Source: Bacteroidales bacterium | GTDB taxonomy: Bacteria; Bacteroidota; Bacteroidia; Bacteroidales; UBA4181 | Assembly: GCA_031551645.1 (NCBI GenBank) | Contig: JAVBNI010000087.1 | Location: 13,381-77,380, forward strand | Direction: 5' to 3' | Length of the DNA: 64,000 nucleotides | In this document: piece by piece, positions 46,716 through 56,868 of the stretch | How the letters are laid out: each line of letters opens with the position of its first letter | How positions within the stretch are numbered: the first letter of the stretch is position 1 | Made by a program: the position numbers and the translations under genes | The notes under the pieces: model-generated | What the model saw: the letters and a program-made list of their open reading frames with translations, nothing else | Database searches by the model: none | Told to the model about the DNA's origin: nothing

Positions 46716-46900
46716 TGCTTAATAATAAATTGACTATGATAACTATACTTGAACAGATAAAGCTTGAAAACTTCGGCAATGTAAATACAAATTTTGCAGA
46801 TTTCAAAGTGGCACAATAAAAATTTGTTGGGATGCAGCATACATTTTCCCATCAAGCCTATTATCTTTTTGAAAATAAGCAAAATAAATAATAAAGAATT

Positions 46901-49900
46901 TTATTTTTGAAATAACTTCAACAACTTGGGCAACCACCGGAAATACAGTGCTATGAAACAAATGATGTTAAAACACCATATTACTATGACATTAATCCAC
47001 AAAGTCGGATAGTAAGCACCAAAAATTTGTTTCGAAGGAGCATAAAATTGTGCCTTGATAAAAGGATATTCAGGTTCTTTGTATATTTGATGATAGTTCT
47101 GTAATAATCGGCCTTTGTATTCGATCAACCGGTAAGTTTCATTGCTGTTTTTTACCATATTACCCAAACTTTGATTGTAATATCGCGAGCGGAGTATGTT
47201 CAGGCTATCAGGATTTCTCGCTGCAATTTGGGCAGTCAACTGGTCTTTCCGTTCCGATGATTTATTGTACAACGCAATGTAATAGCGGGTCAATTGGTTA
47301 AAGTACTGGGTAGTTTCTTCTATCAGTTGCTTGGATATGCCATTGGTCGAAAGTATGGAGTCAAACGGCAGCTTTACGAGATCCTGCCGACGGTTTTCCA
47401 ATTCTATTTCATTACGAAATAAAGCCAGAGTCTCCTCAGATGGTTGTATTCCTCTATCTACTTGCGTCTTGACTTCCGCTAATTTATTTTTCATTTCCAC
47501 CAGCCAGTAGTTCTTTTGAAAATCAGCAATGCTCATTGTTTTCTCATAAGGGTACATGATTTTTTCGTACCTGTTATTCATAAACTGTTCCACGGCCAAA
47601 GCCTCAAAAGCCCAACGGGCGGTGACGATCTCGCCATACCAGGGTACTGAAGCCGGAGCAGCAATCACCGGGTTGACTTTTTCAAAACGCAGTAATACAC
47701 CACTCAGCATCAATTGTGGAATAACAATAAACGGAATGAGTATGTAAATGGTTACTACTGATTTAAATGTGTCGGAAATGATCAGTCCCATCAGGTTGGC
47801 ACAAGTCCATGACGAAAAAAGTACCAGCCAATAGATTGCCGTCATGTTAAGAATACCAGTAATACTGTTGCCCACCCAGACAAACAAAACTGCTTGCAAG
47901 GCGGAAATGATAAAAAGCACCAGTGTTTTCGAAAAAAGGTAACTTCCACGGCTCAGGTTGAGGAATGTTTCGCGATTAAGCATTTTGCGATCTTTGATGA
48001 TTTCCTCGGCGCTTACCGACAGGCCAATAAAGATGGCAACAATAACAGCTACAAATATGTATATGGGCACATTTTCATTCAATTCAAAAGTATATCCGCC
48101 GTCCGACACATTATAATAGCGGATAATATATGACAGCAACAATGCCAGCAACGGCGCTTCAAGCAGACAGACAGCCATATACTGCATATCGCTGAGTTTG
48201 GTGAGCACATTACGTGTAGCATATACCACGAATTGTTTCAGTCGGGATGGCCGTTTAATTGTTGCAACAGGAAGTTCTTGCAGCTGTTCGTCTTCCGGAA
48301 TTTTTGGAACAGGCATTTTTCGAAATGCGTCGTACCATTCCTTAGGCGATATACGGCGTGTATCTGTGGCTTGTCCCTGCTCGTCGAGTACCCGCGCTTC
48401 TACAATATTAAATATCTGTTCCGGGTTGACATTACCGCATTCGGGGCATTCGCTGGTATCTCGATTTGCCTGATATGTCTGCGACTTGAAATATAAAACC
48501 GCATCCACCGGGTTCCCGTTATAAATCATATAACCTCCTTGATCAAGCACAAGAAGGCGGTCGAACATCTTGAAAATATCGGATGAAGGCTGATGTATCA
48601 CTACAAAGACTAATTTTCCTTTTAAAGATAACTCCTTGAGCAATACCATAATATTGTCCGAGTCGCGTGACGACAATCCCGAAGTCGGCTCATCGAGGAA
48701 AAGGACGGCGGGCTGGCGAATCAGTTCCAAAGCAATGTTAAGGCGTTTGCGTTGCCCACCGCTTATTTTTTTATTGAGCGGCGATCCCACTTTCATGTCA
48801 CGGATCTCAAATAATCCAAGATCACGCAACATTTCATCCGTTTTTTGATGTATTTCTTCCTCAGTATGCTGCCCAAAACAAAGTTTGGCGTTAAAATATA
48901 AATTCTGGAATACTGTTAATTCCTCCACCAACAGATCGTCTTGCGAAACATAGCCGATAACGCCCTCTATCGCCTGACTCTGAGTATGGATATCGATATT
49001 GTTCAGCAACACCTGTCCGGATGATGGTTTGTACAGGCCGGTGAGTACTCCTAATAAAGTTGATTTCCCCGCACCACTTCCTCCCATAATCCCGACGATA
49101 TTCCCCGACCGGATTTCAAAATTTACAGGATGCAGTCCTCTTGCACCATTTTCAAACATATACTCCACGTCCTGTACTTTGAAAAGGAATGGACTGGATT
49201 GTGATTCGAGATAAAAACAATTAACAATATCGCTGTAATAGACTGGTTTTATTTGCGAACTACGGATGCTGCATCCATAATTCAGAATATAGACTTGTTC
49301 ATTGTCAATCTGCTGGCTGTTGATATACATCTCTTTACCGCCTTCGTAGCGACAAATATACATATTGACACTTTGGACATGCAGCACAGCTATACTGTCA
49401 TTCACACCGTCGCGATACAAGTGTTTACAGGTAGTGTCAATCTCCTTGTTATTGTTAATCAATAATAAGTTGGGAGAATGGAGCAGGTATTCGACAGGAA
49501 ACAATACAAACTGTATTAATTCCTGAAATTCATCATGATTGATGTTAATCGCATGGGCTACAGTTTCAACAAATTCCTGTTCGAACTCGGAAATAGTACT
49601 TAAACTTCCATGCCCCGATTTAATAAAACTGAGCAACAACACCATCAAAGCAAACTTCTGATTTTGTGTCAACTCCTTATTGATCTGTGCACAAATGACT
49701 AATAACTTAACAGAGCTGGATGATGTACGTTTTTGATGTTTTTGTTTGTCCTTATATTTTTCCTGATAAGTGAGATAGTATCCATCAAAGATCTCAATAT
49801 ACTCTTGGGCTAATTCCTGATTTAGTTGCTTTCTCAGAAAACCTTCAATCACCTTGCGTCGGTCGGAAGGGTCACTTTCGGGGCGCGAGATAATTGCAAA

Positions 49901-49936
49901 CAATTGCATTAGAGCCTTTAATATTCTTTCACTCAT
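46901..49936 (-). CDS. ABC transporter fusion: N-terminal non-transport module of about 270 aa, ABC ATPase, and ABC-2-type permease with long insert
   Basis: Walker A GGSGAGKST, signature ISGGQRKR and Walker B LFLDEPTSG. Multiple C-terminal TM helices. Confidence 0.8.
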   Translation of the reverse strand: MSERILKALMQLFAIISRPESDPSDRRKVIEGFLRKQLNQELAQEYIEIFDGYYLTYQEKYKDKQKHQKRTSSSSVKLLVICAQINKELTQNQKFALMVLLLSFIKSGHGSLSTISEFEQEFVETVAHAININHDEFQELIQFVLFPVEYLLHSPNLLLINNNKEIDTTCKHLYRDGVNDSIAVLHVQSVNMYICRYEGGKEMYINSQQIDNEQVYILNYGCSIRSSQIKPVYYSDIVNCFYLESQSSPFLFKVQDVEYMFENGARGLHPVNFEIRSGNIVGIMGGSGAGKSTLLGVLTGLYKPSSGQVLLNNIDIHTQSQAIEGVIGYVSQDDLLVEELTVFQNLYFNAKLCFGQHTEEEIHQKTDEMLRDLGLFEIRDMKVGSPLNKKISGGQRKRLNIALELIRQPAVLFLDEPTSGLSSRDSDNIMVLLKELSLKGKLVFVVIHQPSSDIFKMFDRLLVLDQGGYMIYNGNPVDAVLYFKSQTYQANRDTSECPECGNVNPEQIFNIVEARVLDEQGQATDTRRISPKEWYDAFRKMPVPKIPEDEQLQELPVATIKRPSRLKQFVVYATRNVLTKLSDMQYMAVCLLEAPLLALLLSYIIRYYNVSDGGYTFELNENVPIYIFVAVIVAIFIGLSVSAEEIIKDRKMLNRETFLNLSRGSYLFSKTLVLFIISALQAVLFVWVGNSITGILNMTAIYWLVLFSSWTCANLMGLIISDTFKSVVTIYILIPFIVIPQLMLSGVLLRFEKVNPVIAAPASVPWYGEIVTARWAFEALAVEQFMNNRYEKIMYPYEKTMSIADFQKNYWLVEMKNKLAEVKTQVDRGIQPSEETLALFRNEIELENRRQDLVKLPFDSILSTNGISKQLIEETTQYFNQLTRYYIALYNKSSERKDQLTAQIAARNPDSLNILRSRYYNQSLGNMVKNSNETYRLIEYKGRLLQNYHQIYKEPEYPFIKAQFYAPSKQIFGAYYPTLWINVIVIWCFNIICFIALYFRWLPKLLKLFQK

Positions 49937-50114
49937 TACAATATGTTATAAACAAGCAAGAGATAACAGATCATTTAATTTTACGTAATGTAATACCAGA
50001 TATATAATCCCGACATACTTTATACAAAAGTACGAAAATTAGTCACCATTTGTTTCAAAATAACGAAGAATTTAATCCTACTTCGGACTTTATGCGCTTT
50101 GAAACCACGTAAAA

Positions 50115-52778
50115 TTACAAGCCAGAAATTTGGTAGCTTACATGATAATTACCGCTTTCTATTGTAGCAAAAGACGCTCCTTTCAATGTCATTTTTTGTC
50201 CGTCCAACGAATAATCAACCACCTTTTCGGGCAGGACAAGTTTGGCTGTACATCCAGTGGGAACAATAATATTCATTTTCAATAATCCCTTTTCCAGTGT
50301 CCAATCGATATGGATAGTTCCGTAAGGAGTCTCTTTTGATGTTTTTGCCCAGGTGATACCTTCCGGGATCTGCGGTTGAACATAAAACTGCCGGTAAGCG
50401 GGAAATTCTTTGTCGGGTCGTATTCCGCCAATAGCTTGGTAAAACCATGTTCCGATACCGTTGTAGCAATTGTGGATATGGCTGCGGTCTCCGTTCCAAT
50501 GTTCCCAGGTAGTGGTAGCCCCATTGTCGATCATATACAAATACCCGGGATAATCTCTTTTCTTAAGCATGGAATACATCAATTCCGAGGCTTGATCTTC
50601 TACTGCCCATTCTGTAAAAATAGGCACACCCACCAAGCCGGTGGCAAAATGTCCGTTACGATTTTGCAATATCTCCTGATAAAGGCTTTTTGTAACATCC
50701 GCCGTAACAGCATCGGACGATACCCGTGCAAGCATGGGGTAAGTCAGGTCAATCTGAGAACCTGTTGCATAAGATTTTTTTGTGTCATCATAAAAAGTCT
50801 GGTGTACCAGTTTTTTCAGTTGTTCTGTTTTCTGAGCATAAGCTTTTGTGTCATTCATCTTACCCAATGTGCGGGCAATTTTGGACATCGTTTCATAACA
50901 CTGTACGACAAAACAGTTATTGACTAAACTAACGGAAGCTTCAGCTTTCTGGTCGACACCTTCGGGAACAGCCCAATCCCCGAGAAACCAACCCCTGTAA
51001 TCGGTATCAGGCCAACGCTGCAATAATCCTTCCGGCGAATAATGCTCTACATAGCTTAACCATTGTTGCATGACAGGATAATATTTTTCCAACGGATACC
51101 TATCGCCATAATTCATATAGGTGTTCCATGAAGCCGTAATGATAAACCCACACCAATACGGCCCACCACCTGCATCATACGGATTTGGAGCTGTATGAGG
51201 CATACCACCGTCCGGACGGACGCAATCGGCCCATGCCTGCAACCAGTTGGCATAAAGAGGCGACAGATCGAACATGGTTTGTGCGGTGGGCGTGGAGGCA
51301 TTACCATCGCCACCGTAACCCAAACGTTCGATATGGGGACAGTCGACCAGATATCCGCCAAGACTCAGGCAACGAAGCGTACGTTGTACCATATCGTGAA
51401 TTGCATTCATATCGGTATCGGAACAAGCAAAAGAAGACGTCTGCCGGAATCCGGTTTGGATAAGGTATGCGGAAATATCCTCTATCGCCGGTTCCCGGGT
51501 TAAACCCGATATTTTGACATACCGGAACGCATGGTAATTAAACTTGTTATGAAATGTTTCCCGGCCATTTCCTGATGCAATATACAGGTCGGTTTGCCGC
51601 TTTTTGGGAAAACCTTCAATAAAGTCGCAATATTCCAATGTGATGACTTGCTTTGCAGATAATTCCGGAAACTTTATTTCAAACCATCCTGTTAGGTTTT
51701 TTCCCATATCAATCATGAACGTGCTGTCGTCCACTTGTGTAACTTTTTGAGGCTTGAGCCTTTCGGTAATTAAGTTGGGTTCTGACATTTGGGGGGATAC
51801 TTCATGTTCCGGAATATCAACCTTGGTGACAGGGCTCCATTTTACTTTTTCCAGCGAAGCATGTGTCAGATCAGCTAATAGCAAAGAGCCGTCGATTACT
51901 TCACCTCCAAACCTGTGCGGACGCCAGTTTCCTGTGCCGGAATATCCGCTGTTGCGCCCTGTCCATGAAGCATCGGTGACAACAAGTGTTTCCCATTGTC
52001 CATCGTCTAATACATCCAATTGCGCTCTAACAACAGGTGCATTATAATAGTCTCCTCCCCAGAAAGGACGGTACCAACCCTTACCAAGCCATAATATCAA
52101 TTCGTTCTGTCCTTTTTGCAAATAAGAAGTAACATCATATGTATTGATCAATGAGCGTTTACCGAATTGTGATACCGCAGGAGCAAGCACCACGTCTGTC
52201 ACCTTTTTTCCGTTCAGCCACAGTTCGTGATATCCCAGTGAGTTGACATGAAGCGCTGTAGCTTCGCCTGTACCTTGCCAGTCGAAAGTCTTTCTCAATT
52301 GAGGGCTTTCATGATCAACACCTGCAGGAAGCTCCGTTACCGGTAAAGCTATATAATCGGCCGTCCAGTCGTTCTTGTCGAGCAAGCCGACACTGAACTT
52401 CGCTGTTTCGCTCCAACAGGTATTTCCATTTTCATCCCATACACAAACTTTCCAATAACCAACGGATCGTGACGATAGTTTTTTACCTTCGTATGGAACC
52501 AACACACTCGACACAGACGATTGTTTATCAGTATCCCACAGGTCGGCCTTGCCTTCGTTCAACAACTTGCGGCTGCTTGCTACCAATATTTGATACGACT
52601 GTTGTGATGCGCCATTTTTGTCCGATTTCATCTTCCAACTGAAACGAGGAGCTGTGTTGGCGATACCTTCCGGATCGACAAGATTCTCACAACGGAGATC
52701 ATAAACGGAAAGGTTTTCATGTTTGCATGCAGCAAGAGAGAAAAAGCATATGAAAAATAAAATATGTCGAAAATGCAT
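50115..52778 (-). CDS. GH78 alpha-L-rhamnosidase lipoprotein
   Basis: The N-terminal LRCENLVDPEGIANTAPRFSWKM pattern is typical of GH78. Length about 890 aa. The ORF track TTG at 52802 is replaced by the ATG at 52778 (MHFRHILFFICFFSLAAC lipobox). Confidence 0.75.
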   Translation of the reverse strand: MHFRHILFFICFFSLAACKHENLSVYDLRCENLVDPEGIANTAPRFSWKMKSDKNGASQQSYQILVASSRKLLNEGKADLWDTDKQSSVSSVLVPYEGKKLSSRSVGYWKVCVWDENGNTCWSETAKFSVGLLDKNDWTADYIALPVTELPAGVDHESPQLRKTFDWQGTGEATALHVNSLGYHELWLNGKKVTDVVLAPAVSQFGKRSLINTYDVTSYLQKGQNELILWLGKGWYRPFWGGDYYNAPVVRAQLDVLDDGQWETLVVTDASWTGRNSGYSGTGNWRPHRFGGEVIDGSLLLADLTHASLEKVKWSPVTKVDIPEHEVSPQMSEPNLITERLKPQKVTQVDDSTFMIDMGKNLTGWFEIKFPELSAKQVITLEYCDFIEGFPKKRQTDLYIASGNGRETFHNKFNYHAFRYVKISGLTREPAIEDISAYLIQTGFRQTSSFACSDTDMNAIHDMVQRTLRCLSLGGYLVDCPHIERLGYGGDGNASTPTAQTMFDLSPLYANWLQAWADCVRPDGGMPHTAPNPYDAGGGPYWCGFIITASWNTYMNYGDRYPLEKYYPVMQQWLSYVEHYSPEGLLQRWPDTDYRGWFLGDWAVPEGVDQKAEASVSLVNNCFVVQCYETMSKIARTLGKMNDTKAYAQKTEQLKKLVHQTFYDDTKKSYATGSQIDLTYPMLARVSSDAVTADVTKSLYQEILQNRNGHFATGLVGVPIFTEWAVEDQASELMYSMLKKRDYPGYLYMIDNGATTTWEHWNGDRSHIHNCYNGIGTWFYQAIGGIRPDKEFPAYRQFYVQPQIPEGITWAKTSKETPYGTIHIDWTLEKGLLKMNIIVPTGCTAKLVLPEKVVDYSLDGQKMTLKGASFATIESGNYHVSYQISGL

Positions 52779-53035
52779 GATTTTTATGTGTTTATATAAC
52801 AAATAATAACTGTGACATTAAAGTCGATAGCAAAAATACAATTCTTTTCTGGTTTTCATCATTTTTTGCGAATTACTCTGGGAAAAATACAGATGATTAA
52901 GGAAAATCAATTCAATATCCAATTAATCATATTGTAAAATCAATGTCGTTTAGTCAAGAATTCTATTCTGATCCTGTCAGATGGCCTGTCAAAAATTGTT
53001 GTTTTCATGAGAAACAAATTCGCTCAAAATTTAAG

Positions 53036-53222
53036 GGCTGCAAGCTCGGCATATCATAGCCCAATGGCTTTAGCCTTGGGACAAATCGTACGATACCGTT
53101 CCTTCAAGTCCTGTAAGGACGATATAACTGATTATGCCGTCCCTTCAGGACTTTGCCTGTTTATTTGTTTTTCACCCAAGGCTAAAGCCATTGGGCTAAG
53201 TTATACCGTCGCTTTGCGACTA
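53036..53222. other. Nested long hairpin of about 190 nt (MITE-like element or structured RNA)
   Basis: A 23-bp perfect inverted repeat pairs 53058-53080 with 53175-53197. An inner 16-bp repeat pairs 53106-53121 with 53138-53153 (14 of 16). The imperfect pairing extends outward. Confidence 0.75.
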
Positions 53223-53369
53223 AAATGGAACGAAAATATTTCAAAATGAATCCTAATTTTTGACACATCACCTGTCAGAGTCATTATAACCGACATAAAT
53301 ACTTATCATACAAAAAGCCGGAAAAGTCATTTAGATGACGATCCCGGCCTTTGTTTGATACGCTCAGAT

Positions 53370-54842
53370 TTATTCTATAGTATCGGTAATCACTGAATTA
53401 CTCGATTTGGATTTGTTCTTGTTTTTGTGATATATAGATATCTTCATCCCCATACAAAAGTTTATTTCACGAAGCTTGTTGGAAAACATCATATTGAACA
53501 TATTACTTGAACCTACCCACAGGGGTCCAAGCTGCAAGCCAACTCCAACATTAAATGCGTGGAACTGATCATAAGTAATGGGTAATGAGAAACCCAATCC
53601 TGCCATTTCAATACGCGGAGTTACGTTAACACTTGTCATATAGTGCGTTCCAACCTTATTGCCTTTTTTCTGGCGAAGGGCAAAGTAGGGGTTTACACCT
53701 AAATACAACCATTGATAAATACGCCAATCGGTTTGAATGCTGATAGCTGAGGGTAATCCCACGCGGTATTTCGTTTCCTGTTCTTTCAGTCCGAAAGCAT
53801 CCCGCAATGCATCAAAGTCTGTGATTTCATCCTCAGGAATTTCTTCCTGAGTGTTCATTGCAAAACTTTGTGTCCAATCGGAAGTATATTTCATGGAACC
53901 GACATCCAAAACCGATAAACCTATACGGAAAAGATATTTTGAAGGTTCGTAACGTTTCCACATTGATGGATTATCGGGATGACGATAGTTTTCATGGTTA
54001 GGACGATATTCATATACTGCGCCAAAATCGAAACCTACACCAAGATTTTTACCAAATTTCCAATCGTCGAACATATTCTCAACGTCTTCGAAATCTTCAA
54101 AATCACTAAATCCGGAAGGCATGGCCATTTCACCCTTGGCTTTCAACCATACGTCTTCGGTTGCTTCATCCACAGACTGAGCATTTGGATTCGGTTTAAT
54201 GCTGTATCCGGCATCCTCAATGTAGATATAACCGGAAGTTACAGGTTGAACCAGTTTTAAGGTCACCCCGCCTTTTAAATAATGCGGTCCCCAATCCATG
54301 ATCTCGCGGGCATATGTAACTCCGAAATCCGCCCATGCATTGGCCCTGAAAGCCATATCCTTAATTGTATATGACTGGCCAATGAAGTCAGATATATCGT
54401 TGTCCATTATGTCGAACAGGTTAGGGTCAACACCATCCACATTGACCATAGTACGTACCCGCGAATGAAATGCTAACGCGGATTTGGGTGAAAGTGTTAC
54501 CATAAAGTTCAACAATTGCAGATCAAGTCCCACTTGCATCCGGTGGTTTTTAATTTTTTCCAATGGAGTAGAATATTCATCGATCTTATCGAACCAATCA
54601 CCACTTGTGACAAAGCCCTTTTTCATGCCATAAAAACTGTTTCCCACATTAACATCTACACCAAACAGGGTCATGTCAAATTTCATACGAGTGTCTGCAA
54701 TAGACGCAGGTTGCAGATAGACTCCCGTGACTCCTGCATGATTCCACGTGGAAAATGGAATAAATGGTTGTGATTTAGCGTTGTTTGTAAAAAACACGCA
54801 TAATAAAATAATAATTAAACTACGTGAGCTAAAAAATCGCAT
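53370..54842 (-). CDS. Putative outer-membrane beta-barrel protein (DUF5723-like)
   Basis: The ATG at 54842 gives the signal peptide MRFFSSRSLIIILLCVFFTNNAKSQ. The protein has an alternating beta-strand-like, aromatic-rich composition. The family name is tentative. Confidence 0.5.
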   Translation of the reverse strand: MRFFSSRSLIIILLCVFFTNNAKSQPFIPFSTWNHAGVTGVYLQPASIADTRMKFDMTLFGVDVNVGNSFYGMKKGFVTSGDWFDKIDEYSTPLEKIKNHRMQVGLDLQLLNFMVTLSPKSALAFHSRVRTMVNVDGVDPNLFDIMDNDISDFIGQSYTIKDMAFRANAWADFGVTYAREIMDWGPHYLKGGVTLKLVQPVTSGYIYIEDAGYSIKPNPNAQSVDEATEDVWLKAKGEMAMPSGFSDFEDFEDVENMFDDWKFGKNLGVGFDFGAVYEYRPNHENYRHPDNPSMWKRYEPSKYLFRIGLSVLDVGSMKYTSDWTQSFAMNTQEEIPEDEITDFDALRDAFGLKEQETKYRVGLPSAISIQTDWRIYQWLYLGVNPYFALRQKKGNKVGTHYMTSVNVTPRIEMAGLGFSLPITYDQFHAFNVGVGLQLGPLWVGSSNMFNMMFSNKLREINFCMGMKISIYHKNKNKSKSSNSVITDTIE

Positions 54843-54898
54843 TTTGGTATTTAAAATTGTTTTTCTTTTTTTACGCAAACCCTGAAAAATAGTTTCAT

Positions 54899-54930
54899 TT
54901 TGCAAAAAAAAATCGCCAATTGTAGTTTTG
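54899..54930 (+). promoter_or_regulatory. Bacteroidota-type promoter candidate: TTTG (-33) and TAGTTTTG (-7)
   Basis: TTTG lies at 54899-54902 and TAGTTTTG at 54923-54930, separated by a 20-nt spacer. The -7 box is 43 nt upstream of the Hpt gene ATG. Confidence 0.45.
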
Positions 54931-54973
54931 TTTCGTAAAAAGTAATATTTTTACAGCATTTTATTATAAAGAT

Positions 54974-55330
54974 ATGATAACGGATTTGAAGTATTTGCAG
55001 CAAATGACCGGTAACAATGGTGAGATGATGAAAGAAATGATAGAACTATTTCTACTTCAGCTTACTGAGATACGTTCAGATTTCGAAACATTGATTAATA
55101 ATAAAAATTGGGTGGAATTGAGTCGTTTGGCTCATAAGATCAAATCATCGGCCTTGGTAATGGGAATAGAGTCAATGGCCAATGAAATGAAAGAGTTGGA
55201 ATTGTTGGCCAAGGAGTCGAAAAGTCCGGAAAAATATCCGGAATATGTCTCTCGGTTCAACAATATGACAGACATGGTGGAGGTAGAACTAAAAACATTT
55301 CTGGCTTCATCTGAAACGTACACACATTAA
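54974..55330 (+). CDS. Stand-alone Hpt (histidine phosphotransfer) domain protein
   Basis: AHKIKSSALVMGI matches the Hpt H-x-[LI]-K-[GS]-S motif. Length 118 aa. Confidence 0.7.
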   Translation: MITDLKYLQQMTGNNGEMMKEMIELFLLQLTEIRSDFETLINNKNWVELSRLAHKIKSSALVMGIESMANEMKELELLAKESKSPEKYPEYVSRFNNMTDMVEVELKTFLASSETYTH

Positions 55331-55343
55331 TTAAAAAAGATTT

Positions 55344-55682
55344 ATGTTGAAAATTGATACAATCGGGGATGTAACTGAAGTGAAATTCGACAACATTCAG
55401 AAATTGAATGTTTTGATTAGTGAAACTATCAAAACGGACCTCCAAAAGTTATTTGAAAAACCCAATGCAAAAGTTTTAATTAATATGGAGGGTGTTCATT
55501 TTTTAGACAGTTCTGGTTTCGCTACGCTCTTATCTGTCTCAAAAGCCGCCAAAAAAACCGAAGGGCAAATTATTTTCTGTAATATCGGGGCTTCTGCCTT
55601 GGATCTTTTTAAAGTGTTGCAATTGCATATGGTATTCAACATCATCAATAGTCACGAAGAAGCGCTGAAAGCCTTTGGATAA
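55344..55682 (+). CDS. STAS-domain anti-sigma-factor antagonist
   Basis: Contains a FLDSSGFATLL motif with a phosphorylatable-Ser context. Length 112 aa. Confidence 0.7.
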   Translation: MLKIDTIGDVTEVKFDNIQKLNVLISETIKTDLQKLFEKPNAKVLINMEGVHFLDSSGFATLLSVSKAAKKTEGQIIFCNIGASALDLFKVLQLHMVFNIINSHEEALKAFG

Positions 55683-55776
55683 TATTTCCGATCGGCCTAA
55701 AGGAAATACATAGATTGATGTGTAAGCATTAATTGAATTTTCGGCAATATTATCTAAGTGTGTGTTTATTAAAATA

Positions 55777-55959
55777 ATGAAAAAAACAATACTACTTACT
55801 TTATCAATAGCCTTTGGCATTATAGCTGCCAAAGCTCAGGAAACAAACACAATCAGGCAGCCATACTACCGAACCCTCACAGTCAACGATGTGATACTGG
55901 ATCTTCCGGTTCAACGTCCCAATGTTGAGGCCGCGGTGATTGAATTGTTTCTTGAATAA
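55777..55959 (+). CDS. Small secreted hypothetical protein
   Basis: The ATG at 55777 gives the signal peptide MKKTILLTLSIAFGIIAAKAQ. I recognise no family. Confidence 0.35.
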   Translation: MKKTILLTLSIAFGIIAAKAQETNTIRQPYYRTLTVNDVILDLPVQRPNVEAAVIELFLE

Positions 55960-55966
55960 ATGAATA

Positions 55967-56015
55967 ACAATTGACAGTTAACAACTGACAATCGAATATT
56001 ATTGATTATCAATTA
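55967..56015. repeat. Degenerate 7-bp-periodic tract (ACAATTG-like units) upstream of truA
   Basis: Read directly: ACAATTG ACAGTTA ACAACTG ACAATCG AATATTA TTGATTA TCAATTA. Confidence 0.65.
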
Positions 56016-56017
56016 TT

Positions 56018-56779
56018 TTGTATCGTTATTTTATTGAACTGGCATATAAGGGTACACCCTTTTGCGGCTGGCAGTTGCAGCCTAATGGACCGACCGTGCA
56101 GGAAGAATTGGAACGTGTTTTCAGCATGTTGTTGCGAGAGGAGATCCGCATAACAGGAGCCGGAAGAACAGATACAGGTGTACACGCTTCTTATTTTGTT
56201 GCTCATTTCGATACTTCGAAAGATGGCCTGCATACTGATATGCAATTGATGGGTAAAATCAACCAACTCATCCCCAAGGAAATCGCCATTTATCGTATTC
56301 TTAAAGTCGCACCTGATGCACATGCACGTTTCGATGCTATATCGCGTACTTACCATTACCGTATAGCTACAAAAAAGAATCCGTTTACTGCTGATTTGGC
56401 TTACCATTTCTATCGCTCATTAGATATTGGTAAAATGAACGAAGCGGCAACGATTTTGATGGAATATGCTGATTTCACAAGTTTTAGCAAACTACATGGC
56501 AATGCAAAAACAAATCTGTGTGAGATTTCGCAAGCGTATTGGACAGAAAATAAAGATGGTGAGGTATGTTTTATCATCACAGCCAATCGATTTTTGCGCA
56601 ATATGGTACGGGCTATTGTCGGCACCATGCTGGAAGTTGGCCTCGGTAAACTGCAGCCGGAAGGCATCAGGCAAGTCATCGAAGCCAAAGATCGTGGATT
56701 TGCCGGAACATCAGTACCTCCCCAAGGCCTTTACCTTGTGGACATTAAATATCCTGCATCGATATTTAACTACGGTTAA
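56018..56779 (+). CDS. truA: tRNA pseudouridine(38-40) synthase
   Basis: YRYFIELAYKGTPFCGWQLQPNG and the catalytic GRTDTGVHA motif are present. The start codon is TTG. Confidence 0.9.
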   Translation: MYRYFIELAYKGTPFCGWQLQPNGPTVQEELERVFSMLLREEIRITGAGRTDTGVHASYFVAHFDTSKDGLHTDMQLMGKINQLIPKEIAIYRILKVAPDAHARFDAISRTYHYRIATKKNPFTADLAYHFYRSLDIGKMNEAATILMEYADFTSFSKLHGNAKTNLCEISQAYWTENKDGEVCFIITANRFLRNMVRAIVGTMLEVGLGKLQPEGIRQVIEAKDRGFAGTSVPPQGLYLVDIKYPASIFNYG

Positions 56780-56868
56780 GTTAATTATAAACTGGTGTTA
56801 AGAATATGCATAATTACATAAAAATATGCATGTTGCAATTATATCTGGTGAAAATCGCTAACGCTGAG

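Noticed and set aside
53007-53249. 80-aa ORF in the spacer between the GH78 gene and the beta-barrel gene
   Set aside because: It spans the long nested inverted repeat, so both arms are translated, and it has no coding-like features.
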